From the NCBI GenBank assembly GCA_001871535.1, contig MNVF01000038.1, positions 1 to 33,063 on the forward strand: a stretch of 33,063 bases of DNA, read 5' to 3'. Origin of the DNA: Candidatus Micrarchaeota archaeon CG1_02_49_24. Lineage in GTDB: Archaea > Micrarchaeota > Micrarchaeia > Anstonellales > UBA8471. Positions 13,427 to 21,467 of the stretch are shown here, piece after piece. The first letter of the stretch is position 1, and the number at the start of each line of letters is the position of its first letter. The position numbers were made by a program, and so were the translations under genes. The notes under the pieces were generated by a model that saw nothing but the letters and a program-made list of their open reading frames with translations, had not been told where the DNA came from and did not search any database.

Positions 13427-16159
13427 CTATGACCTTACCAATTCGCTGAGGAATTGGTTTCCAGCCGTCTGAGTGTCAGCTGCGGTCTGACCGGCAACAA
13501 CGATTACGTTGCCAATCTTCTTCACAACTACACCCTGGGTTGCAATGTCCACAGAGCTGCCTGCCAGTGCGTCTGCAGAGACTGTGCTGACCGCCGGACC
13601 ACCAACTGAGATGACCAGGCCAGCCGCGTCAGCCGCTGAATCCATCACTACCAAGCTGTCTGCAAGCTTGTATGGCACAGTGGTTGTGACCTGCGCCACA
13701 TTGTCGGGCAGAATCACTGCTGTCACAGCTGTTGAATCAACTGTGCAGCTTGCTGCGCCTGCACCGCCTGCCGAGCATGCTCCGAGCGTCTCGTCAATGC
13801 TCTTCACCTTGATTTTCACGCCGTTTGAAAGGGTCTGTTCTGCCCCTTCCTTGAGCGTGTAGGTGTCGCCAGAGATCGCTGCCGTGCTCTGTGTGCTAAG
13901 GGTCCACTTCACGTTTGCCACTCTCTTGGCAATCTTGAAGTCTGCAGAGTCTGACGTCATGTCCCTGAACTCAGAGCCTCTCACTGTTATGAAAGGCGCA
14001 TCCGGGTTGGAGGTGATGGTCGGGACATCTGCGGACGGGCTGATGCCATACAGGATTGACTTGGTCGCTGAGCCAGTCGGAAGGATTCTCTGCGTTGCAT
14101 TGAAGTCCGCCGTGCTGGTTATGTTGAACGACATGTTGCTCAGGGCGGTCATCGTTGTACTCCCTATCCTGCCTGCGTCCTCATAGATATTCACCTGAAG
14201 GCCGCCTGTTCCCAAGCCTGCGCCGATAGATGTGGTATCAGTCGCACCCGCAGCATTGCCCCACTTGAACTCAATGGCACCGGTTGTGATGCCTACCGGA
14301 GTTCCGGAGATGAGGTCGCCTGCTGTCCTGTATTTCACGTATTTCCTCGCGCTAGTGTAGGTACCATCGGTAGTTGCTGTTGTGCCGGTGGTTGTTTCCC
14401 GTATCGGATATGCCGCATAGTTCGTGCAGGACGGAGACGTCTTTGCATAAATGGTGCCGGTCCGCGGATCAACATAGAATGTAGTTACACTATCAAATCC
14501 CACTTCAAAATTACCGGTGCTCGTGGTAACCTTCACAAGAGCATTGCTCAATGTGCTAGCTGCATCATTGCTGTTGGTGCAGGCGACCGCTGTAGAGCTG
14601 TTCAAGCCCGTGATATTCTGGACCATCAGACTTGCGTCGGTCTCAATGCTGAAATGCAGCGCGTCCTTCTCTGCCTCAGTCAGGTCAGACCCGCCAAACG
14701 TGAGCTTGAACGTGTCCGGCTGCTTTAACAGAGTGAACGAATCACCTGGAACCATTCCAGATTCTCTCGTGTCATAGTAGATGGTGATTTCCCTCAACGC
14801 ATCTACGTTGTCAGCATTGGCCCAGCTGGTTGGGGATGACTGTATGTTCCTGTTTTTCCAGCCAAGATAGACCTTGTAGCGGACGTTGTCTTCATTGTCA
14901 ACCGCCTGGCCATTCTGGAGCGTCAGCTCCTCGCTTAGGACTGCAATTTCAGCCCACTTCGCGGCGAGGGTAACACCGGCTGCTGTTTTATAAATGTAGA
15001 TTTTCGCAATCTTTCCGCTCGGCGTCTTGTATGAGAAGGTAGAGCCGACGGAAATCTTGGTCTGGTCCAGCAGGTTGTCGTTGGCATCCAATATGTCAAC
15101 GATGGCCGGGTGGGCATTCTCAGCGCCTTCTGCGACTGAAATATCAGCTAGGCGCACCTTGATTTCTCCAGCGTCAATCACTTCGCCGACTGAAATGATC
15201 TTGTAGCTAGACTCTTTTGCAAGGCGGATTGAGCCACCGCGGCTGATGCCACTGTTTGTGGTGGTATTGCCAATGCCGGATGTCGTGCTTACTGGCTGTG
15301 ACATGCCGGTCAGCACCCACTTCTCACCGAGGAACCAAATCCTCATGCGGTGGTTTGCCGTCGCATCAGAGCTTGTCGTTGTGCAGTTACCATAGTAACC
15401 GTCGGCTGGGTTGGTTGCCGTGCACACCGGGATACCATAGTCATCGTTGGTGAACCGGATGGTGTAAGCCAGATTAGTCATCTTGCCTTCCAGGCGGTTA
15501 CTTGATGTAGAGTATTTGTTCTCACCGGATACCCAGATGAACTGCTCTTCCTTATAGACATTGTCCGACAAAGCGGATTTCGTGTCCTGGATAGAGTCAG
15601 TCTTGAGCACTGGGAATTCACTTGACGAGACCTTCAAGACACCAAGGTCTATTGCTGCAGCACTGTCCATTGCCCGTGCAAGAGAGTTTATCTCAGAGCT
15701 TGTGTCAGAGGTAGTTTGGTTGTATTGGTCCTCTGGATTGACACGCTGCCTATTCTTCAGAGTTTTGTCGACATAGTCATGAATTGTTGTCACTATGTCA
15801 TAGGTGCCTGCTGTCACGCCTGGGATGGTAACTTCCAAAGTCACGCTCTCGTCAAGCACAGCGCATGAACCCTGTTGCCCTGCTGTTACGGTTGGCACTG
15901 CACAAGTAGCATCGCCACTCGTTCCAGCGGTCAATGTTGCTGCTTTGTATGCCTCATTGGCAAGTCTTGCAGCAATATTGGCGGCAACGACACCATCGCT
16001 TATTGCGGCTTTTGTTCCGACAGCGACCTTCGCCACCGGTTGGCCGTTATCATTTACGAGCGTGGTATCCTCGTATTTTACTGCGCCGAAAACTGCAGAT
16101 ATGCCTAACAGGCCCATACCCGCAACCACGGCTAATTTTCTTATATCTATGCCTTTCAC
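13427..16159 (-). CDS. Candidate S-layer or major surface glycoprotein
   Basis: The 910-aa ORF has an N-terminal signal-like segment (LAVVAGMGLLGISAVFGA), a Thr/Ser/Asn/Gly-rich composition and no internal TM. Its GTG start is preceded by a strong GAGGTGA. It is the first gene of the surface operon. Confidence 0.6.
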   Translation of the reverse strand: MKGIDIRKLAVVAGMGLLGISAVFGAVKYEDTTLVNDNGQPVAKVAVGTKAAISDGVVAANIAARLANEAYKAATLTAGTSGDATCAVPTVTAGQQGSCAVLDESVTLEVTIPGVTAGTYDIVTTIHDYVDKTLKNRQRVNPEDQYNQTTSDTSSEINSLARAMDSAAAIDLGVLKVSSSEFPVLKTDSIQDTKSALSDNVYKEEQFIWVSGENKYSTSSNRLEGKMTNLAYTIRFTNDDYGIPVCTATNPADGYYGNCTTTSSDATANHRMRIWFLGEKWVLTGMSQPVSTTSGIGNTTTNSGISRGGSIRLAKESSYKIISVGEVIDAGEIKVRLADISVAEGAENAHPAIVDILDANDNLLDQTKISVGSTFSYKTPSGKIAKIYIYKTAAGVTLAAKWAEIAVLSEELTLQNGQAVDNEDNVRYKVYLGWKNRNIQSSPTSWANADNVDALREITIYYDTRESGMVPGDSFTLLKQPDTFKLTFGGSDLTEAEKDALHFSIETDASLMVQNITGLNSSTAVACTNSNDAASTLSNALVKVTTSTGNFEVGFDSVTTFYVDPRTGTIYAKTSPSCTNYAAYPIRETTTGTTATTDGTYTSARKYVKYRTAGDLISGTPVGITTGAIEFKWGNAAGATDTTSIGAGLGTGGLQVNIYEDAGRIGSTTMTALSNMSFNITSTADFNATQRILPTGSATKSILYGISPSADVPTITSNPDAPFITVRGSEFRDMTSDSADFKIAKRVANVKWTLSTQSTAAISGDTYTLKEGAEQTLSNGVKIKVKSIDETLGACSAGGAGAASCTVDSTAVTAVILPDNVAQVTTTVPYKLADSLVVMDSAADAAGLVISVGGPAVSTVSADALAGSSVDIATQGVVVKKIGNVIVVAGQTAADTQTAGNQFLSELVRS

Positions 16160-16260
16160 ACTATCACCTCGTAAAGGCTTTTAGCATTAACAATGAGGTT
16201 AATCCAACACAACGCTTATAAACGTTGCTCCTTAACCTAAACTTTTGTTTATACTTTATC
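16160..16260 (-). promoter_or_regulatory. Putative promoter and Shine-Dalgarno region of the S-layer-like gene
   Basis: On the minus strand, GAGGTGA (16164-16170) lies 4 nt before the GTG. TATA-like TTTATAAG (16215-16223) and AGTATAAAC (16247-16255) lie upstream. Confidence 0.4.
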
Positions 16261-16419
16261 CCCCTAACCTACGGCTGGGTGTGTAATTGATAATCTGCAA
16301 TCAACGTATAAATCAAAGAACCTTTTAGAAAACACTGATTTGCCATATTCCCACAAAACGATAGTTTCCACAAGATTACGTCGGAGAGACCAGATGGCTG
16401 CTCTCAGTGAGAAATTCGA

Positions 16420-16447
16420 TTAAACCTTAAACTTTAGACCTTAAACC
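16420..16447. repeat. Four tandem heptamers: ttaaacc ttaaact ttagacc ttaaacc
   Basis: Read directly from the sequence. It abuts the duplicated 3' end of the Cdc48-like gene. Confidence 0.7.
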
Positions 16448-16450
16448 TAT

Positions 16451-16614
16451 TTCCTCTCCCCGTAAGTCTTCATGTTGATGAAACTGAAGAGAGCTTCGCT
16501 GCTCACGCATGCATGCTCTCATTCTGTTTGAATGCACCTGCGGATGCATAGCTCGGCGACTGTTGTCACCGATTCCCCAAGCCCCTTCACTTCCTCTCCC
16601 CGTAAGTCTTCATG
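16451..16614. repeat. 24-nt perfect direct repeat (16451-16474 and 16591-16614) flanking a 116-nt hairpin-rich insertion at the 3' end of the Cdc48-like gene
   Basis: ttcctctccccgtaagtcttcatg occurs twice, 140 nt apart. Both copies encode ...MKTYGERK followed by a stop (TGA at 16587, TAG at 16447). Confidence 0.8.
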
Positions 16615-19600
16615 AATGCATAATAAGCCTGCAACATCTCTAAGGAAATGGATGGCCGCCTGCCCTTTATCACTGCAAATATCTCTGCCATTGAGAGATG
16701 CGGTTCAATGCCCCTCAGCTTTTTCTTCACCATCTCAAGCTTGACCCCCTGGCAGATTGAGGTGATGTCTGCCGCCGAGAAGCCCTCAGTCAGCCTGCTG
16801 AGCTCATCATAATCAATGACTGCCCCTGCCGCCACACCCTCAAGGTTTCTCTGGAAGATGTTGGCCCGTGCTTTCAGGTCAGGCGGTGGGATGAACACTA
16901 TCTTGTCAAACCTGCCGGGCCTCATGAGCGCAGGGTCGAGAATCTCCGGCTTGTTGGTGGCGCCTATGAGAAGCACGTTCTTGAGCTCCCGGACCCCGTC
17001 AAGCTCGGAGAGCAGCTGGCCGACAAGGCCGCCATCTGAGAGCTCACGGGAGGGCGCCACAGTCTCAATCTCGTCTATGAATATGATGGCAGGCGCCTGC
17101 TCCTTGGCGCGGTTGAATGTTTCTTTCAGCACCCGGATGCTGTTGGCATAGCCCTTTTTGAGCAGCTCGGCACCTGAGAGAAACTGGAAGGTGGCCTTCA
17201 ACTCATTGGCGGCAGCCTTGACTATGAATGTTTTGCCGCACCCTGGAGGTCCGAATAGGAGCATGCCCTTGTAGGGCTTGACCTTGTACTGCTCCATCAA
17301 GTCCTCGTGGAGAAGCGGCAGCTCGATGGCATCCAGGAGAATGGTCTTCACCTCATCCAGGCCGACCACGTCTGCCCATCTCACAGCATCCTCTTTTTTC
17401 TTTTCCACCTGGCGGCCGACTCTCCTTTCGAAATCAAGCCGGAACTGCTCGTATTCCTCGAGCTGCTCCAGGCCGACGCTGGGCCTGACGTTGTCCAGCA
17501 CCCGCAGGAGGTGCTCCATGGTGATGGGCAGGATTTTGTTCTGCTTTGACGCGTCGGCGGCTGCAAACCGCGCGGCTTCCCTGCACACATTGGCTATATC
17601 AGCGCCCGAGAACCTGTCGGTTTTCTTTGCCAGGAGGCCAAGGTCGATATTTGCCGTTGGAAGCTTGCTCAGCTGCACCTTGAAAATGTCCTTTCTTCCT
17701 TCGGGGTCAGGCAGCTTCATATAGATGATTTTGTCGAACCTGCCGGGCCTGAGAAGGGCGGCATCAAGCATATTGGGGACGTTGGTGGTGCCTATGACCA
17801 TCACGGGCTTGGTTGCGCCCTTGTAGCCGTCAAGCTCTGTGAGAAAAACGGACATTACCCTGGGCGCCACGTCGTCTGCGCTGTAAAGCTCGCGCTTTTT
17901 CCCAATGGAATCAATCTCGTCAAAGAAAAGGATGGAGGGCGCGTTTTCCCTGGCGACCTTGAAAATTTCCGCGACATTTTTCTCGCTGTTGTGGGCAAAG
18001 ATGCCGCCGAACCCGCCAGCGAAATTCTGGCAGGGCTCAACTGAGATATCGTAAACGAATTCCTCATCGGCAACCTGCCTTATTTCCTCAACCCTGTCCC
18101 AATAGATGTCGCCATTGACCACTTTTTCAAGGCTGGTGGATGATGCACCAAGCTTTGTATGTTTCATCAGAAGAATTTGCCTGCCTATGGTTGCCGAGCC
18201 TGCCTCAGAATATTTCTTAAGGTTCCGGAAGACCCATTCCTTCAGCTCGCCGGAGAGCGGTATCTGCACATCGCGGTGCCAGGAACCGGCCTCAAGCGCG
18301 CATTCATACCGCTTGTTCCGCATATCATCCAGAAATCCTATCTGCCCAAAACCCCGGAAGGGTTCGCCGGTCAGGAAAATGCGATACATAAGGGCGCCGC
18401 TCCATTCCATTTTTTCACGCACAGTGGCAACGATGCCGAAATACAATAATAGATATAGAAGCTGGCTGGCAAGGGTTTTGCTGGCAGTGCAGGCCTCGAC
18501 AGTGCCAATTCCTTTCTGATTTTCATAAACCGTGCCATCGCCAGAGAAATAGCCCCTGAGAAAGGCGGCAAGCCTCAGCCTGTCAAGCGAGAACACGGCA
18601 ACTGGCGCCTTCTTCCTCTCAGCACCATGCTCAAGCCCAAGGAAATGCCTCATGAAAACATAAAGCACCCTACCTGGGATATATATGTCGCGGCCCCTGC
18701 CGACGCCACGAAAGTTTTCAGTTTTGGAGTTTCCAGTCTGGGAGTTTTGACTCTCTTCCCTTTCTTCTCCCGAGGGTCTTCTTTCTGGGAAAGAAGAGGC
18801 TCTTTTCTTTTCATAGATGATTATTTTGCCGAAAAGCTTTGCGCATAGTTCGGCAATCTTTCCGAGCTGGCAGTCAGAGGTGCTTACCCTGACCGTGTCT
18901 TCCCGAGTGTAGCTGCCCTCTGCAACCCACAGGCCGAGAAAGAGCGCCAGCTCTCCATCAAGCTTGATTATGCCCGGCAGGCCTTTGCAGGCGCCCTTTC
19001 CTGTGCAGACCAGGATTTTACTGCTGTCATATGAAATGCCGGTGCGCTCCATGAGTGCAATGAACCTGCCGGCCGGCAGTGAAATTTCCTTTTCCCTTGA
19101 CAGAATGTATTTCAAGTATTTGGTATTTTTTAGGCCGAGAAGGATATGTGTTTCGTTTGCGCCGATTTTTTCAACAGCAAGTTTTACGTAATCTCTGACT
19201 CGAGTTACCCTAAGGCCATAATCCGCATGTTTCAGGCTGCCGAGAAAATCAAGCTGCCCAACAGGTGCACTGGGAAACTCGACTCTGGAGGGGATTGCGA
19301 TGTATGAAAAACCCGCCTTGAGTTTTGAGGTTTCAATGCTCTTCACTGAGCTGCCGTCTATAGTGAATAGGGAATGATAACCGGTAACGCGAATTCTGCG
19401 GCCGCTCCTCGTGCGCACTTCGTAAATGGGGGATGTGCATTTGTGTTTTATGTGGCCGGCGATTTCGGCAAACACGGCTTTCCCTTTTTCGTCGAAGCTC
19501 AGAACTTTGGCATCCCTCCTTTGCTCAACAATTTCTCCAATCTTTGCAAGCTTTACCGCACCGTTTTCCATTATCATGATTTCCTCATCGTATGGCAGGC

Positions 19601-20912
19601 TTTCGCCGTACCATTGAGATAAAAGCTCTGAAGTTTTCACATTGTAGAAGCCATAGCTCATCTCCTTTGAGAGAGCGCGCATCAGCATGGTTTTGCCTGT
19701 TCCGGGCGGGCCGAAAAGAAGCACGCCGCTGGGCGGCTTTATGCCGTAGGTGAAGCTCAATTCCTTGTGAAGGAGCGGTGTGATGATTGCCTCGCGCAAC
19801 TCTGCCTTCACGTCATTGTAGTTGCCCACATCATCAAGGGATTTTTCAGCCGTTGACTCTGCCATGTCCTGGACGCCGAACTTGCCGAACTTCTTTGTCT
19901 TCCGCCTGCGCTCAATCAGGCGCTCCCTGCTAAGGTCAACACCGCAGAAGTCAAGCAGGGCCACAATGGCAATCGAGATTACTATATATATAACAGAAAC
20001 CGCAGAGAACATGAACGGCACGCCAAATGCGCTCAGCAAAAGATTGGCCGCAGGCACTCCTAAGAGGGAGAGCGCACCCACGGTCTGCTTCCAATTGCTC
20101 TTTATATTGCCAGGCAGCCAGCCTGCAAGGAACAGGATTGCCCCCCAAAGAAAAATGTGGAGAAGGCCTGAGTCGGCAATGAACAGCTTAAGCATATTGT
20201 CAGCAATTTTCCCCAGCGATGGGGTAATCTGCTTCAATATTATGTCATAGGAGAAAATTGAAACCACAGATGCGGCTGCCTTGGATGGGAGTTCCAGCAG
20301 GCCCACCTCTTCCCTGATGTCATGCTGGAGCGCATCAATCTTCGGGGTGAACTGGCCCAGGTTTGTGATAGGCATGAAGGCGCTGTTCTGCACTATCCAG
20401 AGCGAGGACAGGAGAAGGATTAAACAGACAGCCGGGATGGAAATCACAATACTCCGCTGGGAGCCGGTGCGGAAAGCCCCGAGCACCATGAGCAACGGCA
20501 CAAACCCGGAAAGCAGCGAAAATGGCAATGGCGCAAACGGCGCGCACACGATTATTTCAAGGAATGCAATGACATCCCAGTCTTCATGCATCTGGAATAG
20601 GACAAGGGAGATAATTAGCATAAACGGCCATACGAATAGCGGCGCCTGATAGGAGAGGGCAGGAATTGCGAATATTATGCCCATGATTATGCCAACCTGG
20701 GGAAACCTGTAGGCAGCCAGGCCGCAGGCGAGCGCAAGCAAAAATGAGATGTAAATAGGATAGAACTGGAAAAGCACGAGAAGATAGAGCGCGCCCAGGA
20801 AAATCAGCACAGCATTGCCGAGCTCCTTGTTCTCCTGAAGGGATTGTAGCGTTGCCCTGACCTTCTGCTCGGACATGGTTGCGGATTTCAGTTGTTGTGT
20901 TGAAGCGCTCAC
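16587..20912 (-). CDS. Membrane-anchored double-AAA+ ATPase (Cdc48/VCP-like D1+D2) interrupted by an intein
   Basis: About 330 N-terminal residues form multiple TM helices. D1 has Walker A GPPGTGKT and Walker B ILFFDEIDS. D2 has GPPGCGKT and IIFIDEIET. SRH-like and arginine-finger regions follow each domain. Confidence 0.85.
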   Translation of the reverse strand: MSASTQQLKSATMSEQKVRATLQSLQENKELGNAVLIFLGALYLLVLFQFYPIYISFLLALACGLAAYRFPQVGIIMGIIFAIPALSYQAPLFVWPFMLIISLVLFQMHEDWDVIAFLEIIVCAPFAPLPFSLLSGFVPLLMVLGAFRTGSQRSIVISIPAVCLILLLSSLWIVQNSAFMPITNLGQFTPKIDALQHDIREEVGLLELPSKAAASVVSIFSYDIILKQITPSLGKIADNMLKLFIADSGLLHIFLWGAILFLAGWLPGNIKSNWKQTVGALSLLGVPAANLLLSAFGVPFMFSAVSVIYIVISIAIVALLDFCGVDLSRERLIERRRKTKKFGKFGVQDMAESTAEKSLDDVGNYNDVKAELREAIITPLLHKELSFTYGIKPPSGVLLFGPPGTGKTMLMRALSKEMSYGFYNVKTSELLSQWYGESLPYDEEIMIMENGAVKLAKIGEIVEQRRDAKVLSFDEKGKAVFAEIAGHIKHKCTSPIYEVRTRSGRRIRVTGYHSLFTIDGSSVKSIETSKLKAGFSYIAIPSRVEFPSAPVGQLDFLGSLKHADYGLRVTRVRDYVKLAVEKIGANETHILLGLKNTKYLKYILSREKEISLPAGRFIALMERTGISYDSSKILVCTGKGACKGLPGIIKLDGELALFLGLWVAEGSYTREDTVRVSTSDCQLGKIAELCAKLFGKIIIYEKKRASSFPERRPSGEEREESQNSQTGNSKTENFRGVGRGRDIYIPGRVLYVFMRHFLGLEHGAERKKAPVAVFSLDRLRLAAFLRGYFSGDGTVYENQKGIGTVEACTASKTLASQLLYLLLYFGIVATVREKMEWSGALMYRIFLTGEPFRGFGQIGFLDDMRNKRYECALEAGSWHRDVQIPLSGELKEWVFRNLKKYSEAGSATIGRQILLMKHTKLGASSTSLEKVVNGDIYWDRVEEIRQVADEEFVYDISVEPCQNFAGGFGGIFAHNSEKNVAEIFKVARENAPSILFFDEIDSIGKKRELYSADDVAPRVMSVFLTELDGYKGATKPVMVIGTTNVPNMLDAALLRPGRFDKIIYMKLPDPEGRKDIFKVQLSKLPTANIDLGLLAKKTDRFSGADIANVCREAARFAAADASKQNKILPITMEHLLRVLDNVRPSVGLEQLEEYEQFRLDFERRVGRQVEKKKEDAVRWADVVGLDEVKTILLDAIELPLLHEDLMEQYKVKPYKGMLLFGPPGCGKTFIVKAAANELKATFQFLSGAELLKKGYANSIRVLKETFNRAKEQAPAIIFIDEIETVAPSRELSDGGLVGQLLSELDGVRELKNVLLIGATNKPEILDPALMRPGRFDKIVFIPPPDLKARANIFQRNLEGVAAGAVIDYDELSRLTEGFSAADITSICQGVKLEMVKKKLRGIEPHLSMAEIFAVIKGRRPSISLEMLQAYYAFMKTYGERK
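17988..19601 (-). mobile_element. 538-aa intein with a LAGLIDADG homing-endonuclease domain, inserted in AAA+ D1 between Walker A and Walker B
   Basis: The host junction is WYGE|S...FAHN|SEKNV, which restores the canonical GESEKNV. Block B is RVTGYHSLF. The two LAGLIDADG motifs are LALFLGLWVAEGS and LAAFLRGYFSGDGT. The C-terminal block is VYDISVEP..NFAGG..IFAHN followed by Ser+1. Confidence 0.85.
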
Positions 20913-20959
20913 AGACTTAACTGCAACGCTAAATATTAAAAATTTGTGTTAACTGACAC

Positions 20960-21290
20960 GGACTAGATTCACAGGTATCAGATTTTACGAAGAGCCCATC
21001 GAGCAGACTTTGTCTGTTTGAGCTATCGCGCAACAGCACGATTCAATCGGCGGCAGCAGTCGGCGAGATTTTCACCCGCAGGTGAAAAGCCAGCAGGCAA
21101 TCGGCGGCAGCAGTCGCCGAGCTATGCACCATCTGGTGCATTCAACTGTCAGCAAGGCTGACAGTACACAGATTGAGCCTGTTTGAATCGACCTGTTGGT
21201 TGATCAGATTTTCCGAAGAGCCTCTCTCGCTGATGCGAGAGACCCTGCACAATGTGCAGGGTATGAAGGCTCATTCGGAAAATCTGATAA
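20960..21290. repeat. Hairpin-dense divergent intergenic region (families B and C)
   Basis: Hairpins seen are cagac-ttt-gtctg (21004-21016), ttttcacc-cgca-ggtgaaaa (21069-21088), tgcacc-atct-ggtgca (21125-21140), ctgtcag-caagg-ctgacag (21146-21164) and tcgacc-tgtt-ggttga (21188-21203). The direct repeat caatcggcggcagcagtcg recurs 55 nt apart. Confidence 0.75.
21203..21281 (+). repeat. 79-nt perfect repeat, copy A (family-C three-way-junction element)
   Basis: It is identical to 32919-32997. The fold is cagattttccgaagagcc-[tctctcgc tgat gcgagaga]-[ccctgcac aatg tgcaggg]-tatgaa-ggctcattcggaaaatctg. The closing stem extends to 21287 in this copy. Confidence 0.9.
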
Positions 21291-21467
21291 TATAGATAAC
21301 ATAACCCCACGTAACTATTTGCACATCCAATTTAAATTTTGCACCCCAGTTGTACAACCATGCAGTTCCTTGCATATTCACTCAGCAGCCTTCCCTTTCT
21401 TTATCCCCTCCAGCAATCATCGCGCAGCAGCGCCACCACAAGCTTCTACCTGGATGACGCCACCAAG

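Noticed and set aside
21203-21281. The 79-nt repeat as a C/D-box sRNA, because of tgatgc and ctga-like words.
   Set aside because: There is no proper RUGAUGA/CUGA box pair with guide-length spacing. The sequence is almost entirely self-complementary.
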